A stretch of DNA of 64,000 nt from an uncultured Clostridia bacterium (GCA_947628205.1 CANQYX010000003.1:665-64664); one strand, 5' to 3'. Counted from the first letter of the stretch, positions 1 through 8,740 are shown. Made by a program: numbers and translations. Notes: generated by a model from the letters alone, not told the origin.

Positions 1-6
1 GTTTTT

Positions 7-1851
7 ATGAAAAATGCAAAGGAAAAATTGAAATTAGTTAAAGATTTGGAAATGGTGTTTACTTCTAAATGGGAATTTGATGCTTTTTTTGATTTTTTTG
101 AAAAAATTTGCATCTCTTACAGAGATTTATATGTAAAGCCTTATTTTGGCGCATTTGGCAAGCATTTGGCGCCGATGAAATTTGATAGAACTCCGCCACA
201 AAAGGTTACTGAAAATGATGAGACATATTATACTGGTGGTTTTGCTGGATTTTACCAGCCTGAAGATAACACTGTAACAATGCATATTGGAATTTTAATT
301 AATATTGATGATGATAACGAAGCATCATATAATGGTTTTACAATTCAAGGTATATTAGAGATGCTATCTGCAGTTGGGCATGAATATGAACATAATTTTC
401 AATATAAAGGTGGTGAAGTTGCTGAGCAATTTGCGGAAAACAAAGAAAGATTTCGAGCAAAAATTAATGCTATAACAGACAAATATGCTTATGAACTTGG
501 TGAAATTGAAACTGATTGGAACCCAGACAAAGAGGAAATTCAAGCGCTACTTGAAATGACAGATTCTTATAAGGAATTTGACACCTTCCGCTCTAAAGAT
601 CGTATTGTTGATGTATGTAGTTCGGCGGTTTATTATAATCGATATTTAGAAGTTGATGCCCGATCGGTGCAACGTAAAATTTTTAATACTTTTATTAAAG
701 ACACAATAAAATTGACCAAAAACAAAAAATTTATAGGCTTGCTCAAAAGCGTTTCTCATTTTATGAAATTTTGGGATGAACATGTAACCGAAACAAAATA
801 TTACTTTAGTGACGGTAGTTATTACAAAAAATATGTAGATGTTATTGATAAACTATCTAAAAAAGATTATATAGAATATGCAAAAACTGTTATAAAAGCC
901 ATGGACAAAGAGTATTATGAGCAGTTAAAACAACATATTGAAAATGGGCAGCCATTCCCTAAAGAAGATTATATTTATGGGCAGTTTGAACGAGATATTT
1001 TAACAAAAGCATTTTTCTTTTTTGGCGATAAATCTATGGATAAAACGATGTTTTCTAAGGATATTAACGCAAACAAAGCATTAAATTTGCAATTGGCATT
1101 TTTAAAATTTGGTGTGCCTGTTGAAGATTATCTATTATCGCAAAGATATAATTTTGTAAACGACGAAAAAGACAAACTTTTAGAAAAATATTTTGATATG
1201 TTGAAAAATGGAAACATTTCGTTTAATAGTTTTTTTAAAGTTAACGAACTTAGTTTAGACCAACAAAAAGAATTGTTATACACATATTTGAATCGCGGAC
1301 AAACTGAGTTTGTGTCAAGCATGTTATATGAAGTGGAATGGGATAAACGCGAAGCACTTTTAACGGGCGATCTAAACCCAAAACACGCGTTCACAAACAA
1401 CATTTTGGACCAAATTGAGAAAAAACTTTATCGCATGGCTTTAGATTTAGAAAATAAGAACAATAAAAAACCTTTAAAATATGATGATATTAATGACATT
1501 TTAAATATGCTATCACATATCTGCCAGATTACTGGCGTGCCTTATTATGATGAAACGATTGATTTAACAAATTGCAGTAAAGATGTAAGCCAAGAGTTTA
1601 GCAAAAAATTGCATGAACTATATGTTTTGGCGGAAAAAGTGGGTTATGATACTGTTTGCAAAATTGACGGCATCAAGCCCCGCCCTGACGCATATAGATA
1701 TGCCCACCCTGTGGATAGGCAAAAATATGTTGTTGAAGGGCAAGATGCCGACGAGCGCAGAAAGGTGATTTATGGGCCGATTGCAATTTATCAAGAACAA
1801 TGGGAAGAAGAACTTAGTAAAAACAATGACAGCATCATAGCAGGTTTATAA
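7..1851 (+). CDS. Hypothetical 614-aa soluble protein with one HExxH (HEYEH) zincin-like motif
   Basis: Uninterrupted ORF from ATG at 7; the upstream context is cut by the window edge. TAA at 1849-1851 is followed directly by a terminator hairpin. GHEYEH is encoded at 379-393. No signal peptide or TM segment. Family not recognised. Confidence 0.65.
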   Translation: MKNAKEKLKLVKDLEMVFTSKWEFDAFFDFFEKICISYRDLYVKPYFGAFGKHLAPMKFDRTPPQKVTENDETYYTGGFAGFYQPEDNTVTMHIGILINIDDDNEASYNGFTIQGILEMLSAVGHEYEHNFQYKGGEVAEQFAENKERFRAKINAITDKYAYELGEIETDWNPDKEEIQALLEMTDSYKEFDTFRSKDRIVDVCSSAVYYNRYLEVDARSVQRKIFNTFIKDTIKLTKNKKFIGLLKSVSHFMKFWDEHVTETKYYFSDGSYYKKYVDVIDKLSKKDYIEYAKTVIKAMDKEYYEQLKQHIENGQPFPKEDYIYGQFERDILTKAFFFFGDKSMDKTMFSKDINANKALNLQLAFLKFGVPVEDYLLSQRYNFVNDEKDKLLEKYFDMLKNGNISFNSFFKVNELSLDQQKELLYTYLNRGQTEFVSSMLYEVEWDKREALLTGDLNPKHAFTNNILDQIEKKLYRMALDLENKNNKKPLKYDDINDILNMLSHICQITGVPYYDETIDLTNCSKDVSQEFSKKLHELYVLAEKVGYDTVCKIDGIKPRPDAYRYAHPVDRQKYVVEGQDADERRKVIYGPIAIYQEQWEEELSKNNDSIIAGL

Positions 1852-1876
1852 AAAGAGAGCAAATCTCTCTTTTTTA
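1852..1876 (+). terminator. Rho-independent terminator
   Basis: Stem AGAGAG (1854-1859) / CTCTCT (1865-1870), 5-nt loop, T-run 1871-1875. Confidence 0.7.
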
Positions 1877-1954
1877 TTGTCCTACTAAAATAATCTATAT
1901 AAAAAGGCGGCTGTTGCCACCTCATAAAAAGAGAACGCGCGTCCTCTTTTTTTA

Positions 1955-2692
1955 TTATTTTATTAAATTGTAAGTTTGTTTTATTAAATATTTTGCATAT
2001 TGCTCGTCTGTTTGTTTATTAAACCTAAACGCATATTGCGCGGCCGTCCATTGACGATTTGAAATATCGTAAGTGAGGTCATGCGGGTCACTTATCGTTT
2101 GCCTTTTGGCGTTTAAAACAACTTCAAGCGAATTAGATTTTGGCCAAACAGAAATTACGTTGTGATTTTTAGATTTTTTAAATACAATATAATTTTTTGT
2201 TTGCACAATTCTTAAATTTGGGTCTATTGATAAAGTTATGTTTTTAATTTTTTCAAACAGCTCGGCAACCAAAGTTCCGTCTGGAAACAATTCATCTTTT
2301 GAGTGGGCATATGTACGATTGTTTTTTTCTGGGTCTTTGAAAAACACATTTTTCTTGTTTTGCACCAATTTATCCAACCTGCCATGAATTTTTGCCATCG
2401 CTTCAAGAATATCGTAAGCATCCCAAGGTTCAATCTCAAAAAATTCTCTATTTGCGGTCAACCTCAATTCAGGATTCAATTTTTGGATTAGGGCATGAAA
2501 AGATTTATCCGCCATGCCGGTGGCAGGAACTTCATATGTTGCATAAACTTCAAACGGAGTTGGAACTGAAGTGTTATATAGTGTTCTTAACCTTTGCTGC
2601 AAATTTTCAGTGTAACCAATTTTAACGCAATTGGATTTGTGAAATGCCTCATTTGTTAAAATATAAATATAACCAACTTTTTCTTTTTCCAT
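1955..2692 (-). CDS. GIY-YIG superfamily / T5orf172 (MUG113-like) domain protein with a C-terminal DUF5655-like module
   Basis: N-terminus GYIYILTNEAF...VKIGYTENLQQRLRTLYNTSVPTPFEV fits the T5orf172/GIY-YIG pattern as I remember it. AGGAGG lies 4 nt upstream of the ATG at 2692. Confidence 0.6.
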   Translation of the reverse strand: MEKEKVGYIYILTNEAFHKSNCVKIGYTENLQQRLRTLYNTSVPTPFEVYATYEVPATGMADKSFHALIQKLNPELRLTANREFFEIEPWDAYDILEAMAKIHGRLDKLVQNKKNVFFKDPEKNNRTYAHSKDELFPDGTLVAELFEKIKNITLSIDPNLRIVQTKNYIVFKKSKNHNVISVWPKSNSLEVVLNAKRQTISDPHDLTYDISNRQWTAAQYAFRFNKQTDEQYAKYLIKQTYNLIK

Positions 2693-2716
2693 TTTTCCTC
2701 CTTAGAATTAACTACG

Positions 2717-5413
2717 TTATTTCTCATTTTTTCCACAACAGTTCTTATACTTCTTCCCACTTCCACATGGGCATAAATCGTTGCGGCCGATATGTGATGA
2801 GTTTGAGCGTGCGGCGGCTGGCTTATCTTTCCCATTTGTCTGCCCCATGGCAACTGGGCCGGTTGGGCGAGGCGCGATGCGAACTTCAACACGCATCCTA
2901 AACAGCGTGCAAGCCACCATTTCGCGCATGTCGCCAATCATTTTGTCGAACATGTCAAATCCTTCGTTTTTATATGCCACTATAGGGTCTTTTTGGCCGT
3001 ATGCTAAAATGCCAATTTCGTTGCGGAGAGTGTCCATCGCATCGATATGGTCGGTCCAGAACCTATCCACCAAACGAAGCAGCACATCGCGCTCGGCAAT
3101 GGCGAAATCAAAGCCAATTTTCTTAATTTCGGCAATTTTCTTTTCGTAACGATCTAAAATATTTTCAAAAATCAACTGGCTAGCGCCGGCAACGTCCTGC
3201 CCTTCAACAAATTCGGCGGTAACAAGATTTTCGCCACGCTCTAGCAATTTGTCCTCCAAGGCCTTATTTAGTGGCTCTAACTCCCACTCGTAACTTGGTT
3301 TTGTTTCGTCTAGGTAACTTGCGCAAAGGTCGAATACAAAATCTTTAATCATCTCCACAATTTGCGGATGAATATCTATGCCGTCAAGCACTTTGTCGCG
3401 CTCGCCATAAATGATTTGGCGTTGTTTGTTTAGCACATCGTCATATTGCAAAACGTGTTTGCGCGCATCGAAATTGGCGTTTTCCACCTTCTTTTGCGCG
3501 GTTTCAAAAAAGCGTGTTAAAATGCGTGATTGCAACGGCATATCCTCATTACCGCGGAAAGCAATTGAAAACCAACTTTTCATTCTGTCCTCGCCAAAAC
3601 GTTGAGGCAAATCGTCTTCAAGCGAAATGAAGAAAATACTGCTGCCGGGGTCGCCCTGACGCCCGGCACGGCCGCGCAACTGGTTATCAATACGCCTAGA
3701 TTCGTGCCTTTCAGTGCCTAAAATGTGCAAACCGCCAAGTTCGATAACCTTTTGCTTTTCCTCGTCAGTTATTGCTTTAAAATCTGCCAAATATTTATTA
3801 TATTTATCTTTAACTGCTTGTTCTTCCTCGCTAAGTTTGGTGTTGTATGAGGTTATTTTTTCAAGCATATCAGCCGTAACATTTTCATTGAGTAATTTTT
3901 GTTTTGCCAAAAATTCTGGGTTACCGCCCAGCAAGATATCCGTACCACGACCTGCCATGTTGGTGGCAATGGTAACCGCGCCAACGCGGCCGGATTGTGC
4001 CACAATTTGGCTTTCCAACTCGTGATTTTTAGCGTTTAAAAGGTTGTGCGGAATGCCAAGTTTTTTAATTTCTTTTGAAATGCGTTCACTCTTTTCAACC
4101 GAGGCAGTACCCACCAAAATTGGCTGCCCTTTTTCGTGTTTTTCTTTAATTTCCTCAACAATTGCCTTATATTTTGCATCCTCAGTGAAGAAAATCATAT
4201 CTTGCTCGTCTATACGCAAAACTGGCTTGTTGGTTGGAATGGTTACAACGTCCAGATTGTAAATTTTGTTAAATTCAGTTTCCTCAGTTTTGGCAGTACC
4301 TGTCATGCCGCTAAGTTTATCATACAACTTAAAATAGTTTTGCAGCGTGATGGTGGCAAGCGTTTTGTTTTCGTCCTTAATTTTAACGTGCTCTTTTGCC
4401 TCAATTGCTTGGTGCAAGCCATTAGAATAACGCCTGCCCGGCATAATGCGGCCGGTGAACTCGTCAACAATCAAAATTTCGTCATCCTTAACAATATAGT
4501 TAACATCGCGCTCCATAATATAGTTTGCACGCAACGCGTTGTTGATGTGATGGTTAAGCTCCAAATTTTCAATGTCCGAAAGGTTTTCAATTTTAAAGAA
4601 ATTTTCTGCCTTGCTAACGCCCGTTTCGGTCAGCCTAATTTGCTTGCGTTTAATGTCTATTTCATAATCCTCCGGCCTTAAAAAGCGCTTAACAAAATTA
4701 TCTGCCGCGCCATAAAGTTCGCTAATTTTGCCGCCCGCGCCCGAAATAATCAACGGTGTGCGTGCCTCATCAATTAAAATAGAGTCCACTTCGTCCACAA
4801 TGCAGAAATGATGGCCGCGCTGAACTTTATATCTTTTATCCACCTGCATGTTGTCGCGCAAATAGTCAAAGCCAAACTCGCTATTTGTGCCGTAAGTTAT
4901 GTCGCACTCATACGCGCGCTTTTTCTCCTCCGGGCTTTGCTGCGAAAGGGTTACACCAATTGTAAGCCCCAAAAATTTATACAACCTGCCCATCATTTCC
5001 GCTTGATAGGTTGCCAAATATTCGTTGACCGTTATAACATGCACATTGTTGCCAGTAAGCGCGTTCAAATACACCGCTGTGGTGGCGGTTAGGGTTTTAC
5101 CTTCACCCGTTTTCATTTCGGCAATTCTGCCCTGATGCAACACCACGCCGCCAATCAACTGCACGTGGAAATGCCTCTGCCCCAAAACGCGCGTGGAGGC
5201 CTCGCGCACCAACGCAAAAGCATCTGGCAAAATGTCATCCAACTTTTCGCCATTTGCTAACCTTTCCTTTAAAATTGGTGTTTGAGCCTGCAATTCGTCA
5301 TCACTCATTGCCGCATATTTATCCGCCAAAGCCTCAATTTTGGCAACAACTTTTTCAATTTTAATTAAACTACGTTTGTTGTCCGATGCAAATAGATAAG
5401 AAAATAATCCCAT
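2717..5413 (-). CDS. secA: Preprotein translocase ATPase SecA
   Basis: 898 aa. Walker A MKTGEGKTL, DEAD-like VDEVDSILIDEARTPLIISG, C-terminal zinc finger CPCGSGKKYKNCCG. GGAG Shine-Dalgarno upstream. Confidence 0.97.
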   Translation of the reverse strand: MGLFSYLFASDNKRSLIKIEKVVAKIEALADKYAAMSDDELQAQTPILKERLANGEKLDDILPDAFALVREASTRVLGQRHFHVQLIGGVVLHQGRIAEMKTGEGKTLTATTAVYLNALTGNNVHVITVNEYLATYQAEMMGRLYKFLGLTIGVTLSQQSPEEKKRAYECDITYGTNSEFGFDYLRDNMQVDKRYKVQRGHHFCIVDEVDSILIDEARTPLIISGAGGKISELYGAADNFVKRFLRPEDYEIDIKRKQIRLTETGVSKAENFFKIENLSDIENLELNHHINNALRANYIMERDVNYIVKDDEILIVDEFTGRIMPGRRYSNGLHQAIEAKEHVKIKDENKTLATITLQNYFKLYDKLSGMTGTAKTEETEFNKIYNLDVVTIPTNKPVLRIDEQDMIFFTEDAKYKAIVEEIKEKHEKGQPILVGTASVEKSERISKEIKKLGIPHNLLNAKNHELESQIVAQSGRVGAVTIATNMAGRGTDILLGGNPEFLAKQKLLNENVTADMLEKITSYNTKLSEEEQAVKDKYNKYLADFKAITDEEKQKVIELGGLHILGTERHESRRIDNQLRGRAGRQGDPGSSIFFISLEDDLPQRFGEDRMKSWFSIAFRGNEDMPLQSRILTRFFETAQKKVENANFDARKHVLQYDDVLNKQRQIIYGERDKVLDGIDIHPQIVEMIKDFVFDLCASYLDETKPSYEWELEPLNKALEDKLLERGENLVTAEFVEGQDVAGASQLIFENILDRYEKKIAEIKKIGFDFAIAERDVLLRLVDRFWTDHIDAMDTLRNEIGILAYGQKDPIVAYKNEGFDMFDKMIGDMREMVACTLFRMRVEVRIAPRPTGPVAMGQTNGKDKPAAARSNSSHIGRNDLCPCGSGKKYKNCCGKNEK

Positions 5414-5452
5414 AAAATCTCCTAATTAAATGATATTTCATGTTGACCCAGC

Positions 5453-5579
5453 TGTCATACCGACCAAGTTAGCAAGGCGAACGCGTAGAGTGTATCTCAT
5501 CCTCATGTCATACCGAGCGAAACAAATGGCGAGATACACTCCACGCGTGAAACTGACATTTCACTTGGTCGGTATGACA
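5453..5579. repeat. Long imperfect inverted repeat (127 nt, two-tier hairpin) built from GTCATACCGA boxes
   Basis: Outer arms TGTCATACCGACCAAGT (5453-5469) and ACTTGGTCGGTATGACA (5563-5579) form a perfect 17 bp stem. Inner arms ACGCGTAGAGTGTATCTC / GAGATACACTCCACGCGT pair at 17 of 18 positions. The loop carries another GTCATACCGAGCGAAAC box. Confidence 0.8.
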
Positions 5580-5656
5580 ACCGCCATTTGTGCAGTCGAG
5601 TGTATCTCTCGGCCCTGCAAGAACTTTGTTCGCAGTGGAGTAATGGCAAAGAATCT

Positions 5657-5735
5657 AGATGTTTCGACTCCACTTCGTTTCGCTCAACATGACATTTTGT
5701 CATTCTGAGCGAGTGAAACGAGTCGAAGAATCTCT
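5657..5735. repeat. Second imperfect inverted repeat of the same box family
   Basis: Left arm ...GTTTCGACTCCACTTCGTTTCGCTCAACATGAC is the approximate reverse complement of right arm GTCATTCTGAGCGAGTGAAACGAGTCGAAGAATCT. The arms are separated by about 7 nt. Confidence 0.7.
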
Positions 5736-5739
5736 CAAT

Positions 5740-5841
5740 GTCATTGCTAGCTCCTATGTCATTCTGAGCTCCTATGTCATTCTGAGCACCTATGATGTCA
5801 TTGCGAGCTCCTATGTCATTCTGAGCGTAGCGAAGAATCTC
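5740..5841. repeat. Tandem 18-21 nt repeats (TCCTATGTCATTCTGAGC) ending in GTCATTCTGAGCGTAGCGAAGAATCTC
   Basis: Units at 5752-5769, 5770-5787, 5788-5808 (21-nt variant) and 5809-5826. They are preceded by GTCATTGCTAGC and have no spacers between them. Confidence 0.85.
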
Positions 5842-5950
5842 AACACAAAATATCATTACAATACTTAACTTGTATATTTTAGCATATTAAAAAAAATTTG
5901 TCTAGCAATTTAAGCCAAACAAATTTTTAACCAAAATTTAGACAAAATTT

Positions 5951-7906
5951 TTATTTTTTGTACACAGTGTAATCTTTCCCATTAATACTTTCAGTTGTAA
6001 TAGTTGGGAAATTGGTTTTGTTAATATATGCATGCCCATTTTCTGCGTAGTCATCAGGGTCAGTTGGGATAAGGCTGGTCAACACCCTAATCGTTTTGGC
6101 ATAATTTAATAATTCTTCACACGCCGATCTACTTGTTGCTTCGGTGTAAACATATTCGCTTTCAATTGTAACTTCTGTCAATTTGCTACAACTATTGAAT
6201 GCTCGAAACCCTATATTTGTTACACTGCTAGGAATTGTTACACTTGTTAATCCGCTACATAAAGAAAATGCATAATTTCTTATGTTTGTTACTCCTTGTT
6301 CAATGGTTAAGCCACCATTAAATCCACTGCATTTCTGGAATGCACGATAACCAATAAATGATACACTGCCTGGGATGACCAAATTTCCTGTAAATCCGCT
6401 ACAATTCTCGAATGCACCGTCCCCTATACTTGCTACTCCTTGTGGGATAATTAAGTTTCCGTTAAATCCGCCGCAATTATAGAATGCATTGCTCCCAATA
6501 CTTGTTACACCGCTTGGGATTGTTAAATTTCCTGTAAATCCGCTGCAATCCTCGAATGTTTTATCCCCTATACTTGTTACTCCTTGTGGGATAGTTAAGT
6601 TTCCGTTAAATCCACTACACCCGTCGAATGCACACTTCCCTATACTTTCTACACCGCTTGGGATGGTTAAATCCCCTGTTAATCCGCTACAACTCTGGAA
6701 TGCACCTTCCCCTATATTTGTTACACCGCTTGGGATGGTTATGCTTGTTAATCCTGTGCAGTAAAAGAATGCACTGTTCCCTATATTTATTACACCGCTT
6801 GGGATGGTTATGCTGGTTAATCCTGTGCAGTAAAAGAATGCATTGTTCCCTATATTTATTACACCGCTTGGGATGGTTATGCTGGTTAATCCTGTGCAGA
6901 AATAGAATCCAAGCTTTCCTATGCTTGTACCACCTGTTATTATTACATTTGTTAGTGTTGTGGGTAGGCTAGAATTTTGACTAGTATCTGAAGTTGCGCC
7001 AAAAATATAGCCAAAACATGTTTGGGGGGTTTTTGTTGCCTCTTTAGTTGCCCCAACAAATGGAATAGAAATATATTTTAAGCTTGTGCAATTTTTGTTT
7101 AGCGCGCCTTGCTCTATTTCGGTTACACTATCAGGAATTGTTATTTCGATTAATGTGGATTGGTCTATAATAGCATTTTTTGCAATTTTTGTAATAGGAG
7201 TGCCATCTATTTCAGATGGGATGTGAAGCACAGATAAGTTATTGTTTTTAAGTTTGGTTATTGTGCCTGCGCCATCAAACTCTAAGTCAGATGAATAATC
7301 TTTTCCGTCTAGGTTAAATTGGAATAAACCTGAGTATTTAGCATCACTTGCTATATCCCTAATTTTGGCTAGGATATACACATATTTTGTTTTGTTAGCT
7401 GAGATTGTGGTGGTTGTCCAATCGCCAAAATGAGTGTTAATATTTTCATTGAATTCTGAAGCTATTTCTTCATCCGAATTTAAACAAAATACCGAAATGT
7501 TTGTGTCCTCTATTTCATTATCTTGATAGAATAAATCTATTGCATAATCTTTACCGCCAGAATTGGTGAACTTATATTCAAACACAACATAATCGTTTTC
7601 TGCTGTTAGTTGAATATCCTTATCTGTTGGGCTAAGTGATGCGTTTTGATTGGCTTCAAGGCCAAAAGTAAGTTTGGTAGCACCATTTGCTTCGCCACCC
7701 GTGGTCATATTATGCCACTCTTCACTGCCAACTTTCCAGCGTGCGGTTGCCTCACCACTAACTTCCATGCTGATGTAACGCACCCTTATGGAACTTGTTA
7801 ATTCTCGCCTTGTCGCTGCAAATACGGCAACAACGGCAACGACAGATAAAAACGCTAAGACAGTTGCCAAACTTATGGTTAATAAAATTTTCTTATTTGG
7901 GCTCAT
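5951..7906 (-). CDS. Cell-surface BspA-type leucine-rich-repeat (LRR_5-like) protein with an N-terminal hydrophobic anchor or signal
   Basis: 651 aa. N-terminus ILLTISLATVLAFLSVVAVVAVFA. About a dozen 23-aa repeats of the form C.GL..I.IP..V..IG..AF..C. AAGGAG lies 5 nt upstream of the ATG at 7906. Confidence 0.85.
   Translation of the reverse strand: MSPNKKILLTISLATVLAFLSVVAVVAVFAATRRELTSSIRVRYISMEVSGEATARWKVGSEEWHNMTTGGEANGATKLTFGLEANQNASLSPTDKDIQLTAENDYVVFEYKFTNSGGKDYAIDLFYQDNEIEDTNISVFCLNSDEEIASEFNENINTHFGDWTTTTISANKTKYVYILAKIRDIASDAKYSGLFQFNLDGKDYSSDLEFDGAGTITKLKNNNLSVLHIPSEIDGTPITKIAKNAIIDQSTLIEITIPDSVTEIEQGALNKNCTSLKYISIPFVGATKEATKTPQTCFGYIFGATSDTSQNSSLPTTLTNVIITGGTSIGKLGFYFCTGLTSITIPSGVINIGNNAFFYCTGLTSITIPSGVINIGNSAFFYCTGLTSITIPSGVTNIGEGAFQSCSGLTGDLTIPSGVESIGKCAFDGCSGFNGNLTIPQGVTSIGDKTFEDCSGFTGNLTIPSGVTSIGSNAFYNCGGFNGNLIIPQGVASIGDGAFENCSGFTGNLVIPGSVSFIGYRAFQKCSGFNGGLTIEQGVTNIRNYAFSLCSGLTSVTIPSSVTNIGFRAFNSCSKLTEVTIESEYVYTEATSRSACEELLNYAKTIRVLTSLIPTDPDDYAENGHAYINKTNFPTITTESINGKDYTVYKK
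6721..6899. repeat. 2.6 near-identical tandem copies of a 69-bp (23-codon) LRR unit inside the LRR gene
   Basis: TTACACCGCTTGGGATGG... recurs at 6721, 6790 and 6859, exactly 69 nt apart, with only a few substitutions. Confidence 0.9.
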
Positions 7907-7995
7907 AATTTCTCCTTTTAAATTAATCTAGGCATTCAATTGTGATTATTATTTTTTATGTAAATAATTTTCCCACATTTTTGCCCTATATATTC

Positions 7996-8026
7996 ATGTT
8001 AGCACGTTGCCCCCCCCCCCTGTCAA
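7996..8026 (-). promoter_or_regulatory. Promoter of the LRR gene with a homopolymeric G11 spacer
   Basis: The minus strand reads TTGACA (8026-8021), G11 + CAACGTGC (19-nt spacer), TAACAT (8001-7996), with TG giving an extended -10 TGcTAACAT. No other promoter-like element lies between it and the ATG at 7906. Confidence 0.6.
8010..8020. repeat. Homopolymeric tract, C11 on the plus strand (G11 on the coding-side strand)
   Basis: Read directly: gttgc cccccccccc tgtcaa. Eleven consecutive C. Confidence 0.98.
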
Positions 8027-8112
8027 GCGATTTTATGCTATTTTTTAAAATTTTTTAAAAAAATTTTTAAAAATTTTAGCCAACAACTTAATTTTGGCTG
8101 GTTTTGGGCAAC

Positions 8113-8138
8113 AAAAAAAAGCAACTATTGTGCTTTTT
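8113..8138 (-). terminator. Rho-independent terminator after recR
   Basis: The minus strand reads AAAAAGCA-caatagt-TGCTTTTTTTT, just 3' of the recR stop at 8147. Confidence 0.65.
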
Positions 8139-8146
8139 AAGGGAAA

Positions 8147-8740
8147 TTACATTTCAGTTCTTGAAGAAAGAGCTTTACTTAATGTTACGGCATCGGTATA
8201 TTCAAGTTCGCTGCCCATTGCAATGCCCTGCGCCAAGCGCGACACTTTAACGCCAAGCGGTTTAAGCAAATTGGCGATATACAGTGCGGTTGCTTCGCCT
8301 TCCACATCCGGATTTGTGGCAACAATAACTTCCTGTATATGCTCTTCATTAACGCGTGTTAAAAGCGAACGGATGTTGATATCATTTGGGCCTTTATTTT
8401 CAAGCGGATTAATTACTCCGTGCAAAACGTGATAACTGCCGGCAAAATCTCGCACCTTTTCAAGTGCGGTTACATCTTTTGGCTCTTTAACCACGCAGAT
8501 TATTGGCTGTTTGTTAGGTTTTGCGCAAACTGAGCAAACATCTTTGTCCGTAAAATTGCCGCAAATTTTGCAATAATGAATTTGTTGTTTTGCATCCAAC
8601 ATGGCGGTGGCAAAATCTTTAACCTGTTGTTCGGTTTGGGTTAGCAAAAAATAGGCATATCTTTGTGCCGTTTTGTTGCCAACACCGGGCAAGCGCGAAA
8701 ACTCGTTAACGAGCCTATCCATTGCATCAATCTGATTCAT
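8147..8740 (-). CDS. recR: Recombination protein RecR
   Basis: 197 aa. Helix-hairpin-helix N-terminus (LPGVGNKTAQR), C4 zinc finger CKICGNFTDKDVCSVC, Toprim segment. dnaX-ybaB-recR synteny. Confidence 0.95.
   Translation of the reverse strand: MNQIDAMDRLVNEFSRLPGVGNKTAQRYAYFLLTQTEQQVKDFATAMLDAKQQIHYCKICGNFTDKDVCSVCAKPNKQPIICVVKEPKDVTALEKVRDFAGSYHVLHGVINPLENKGPNDINIRSLLTRVNEEHIQEVIVATNPDVEGEATALYIANLLKPLGVKVSRLAQGIAMGSELEYTDAVTLSKALSSRTEM

Noticed and set aside
2781-5092. Several plus-strand ORFs opposite secA (for example 4136-4681, 181 aa), plus 2644-2937 ORFs overlapping its 3' end.
   Set aside because: secA is unambiguous on the minus strand. These are antisense or shadow frames.
5740-5841. 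Possible CRISPR array.
   Set aside because: The 18-21-nt units are directly abutting with no spacers. They are far shorter than CRISPR repeats, and no cas genes are in the window.
5430-5868. Three ORFs from the track (5430-5708 +, 5503-5856 -, 5659-5868 +), which translate to peptides such as RYAQNDIGARNDI and VILSSYVILS.
   Set aside because: They run across the inverted and tandem repeats. They have no Shine-Dalgarno and a repeat-driven composition. They are artefacts of the repeat island, not genes.
5951-7906. Diversity-generating retroelement or inverton controlling the LRR gene.
   Set aside because: There is no reverse transcriptase and no template/variable repeat pair in the window. 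No inverted repeats flank the promoter. The poly-G spacer is the only variable-looking element.
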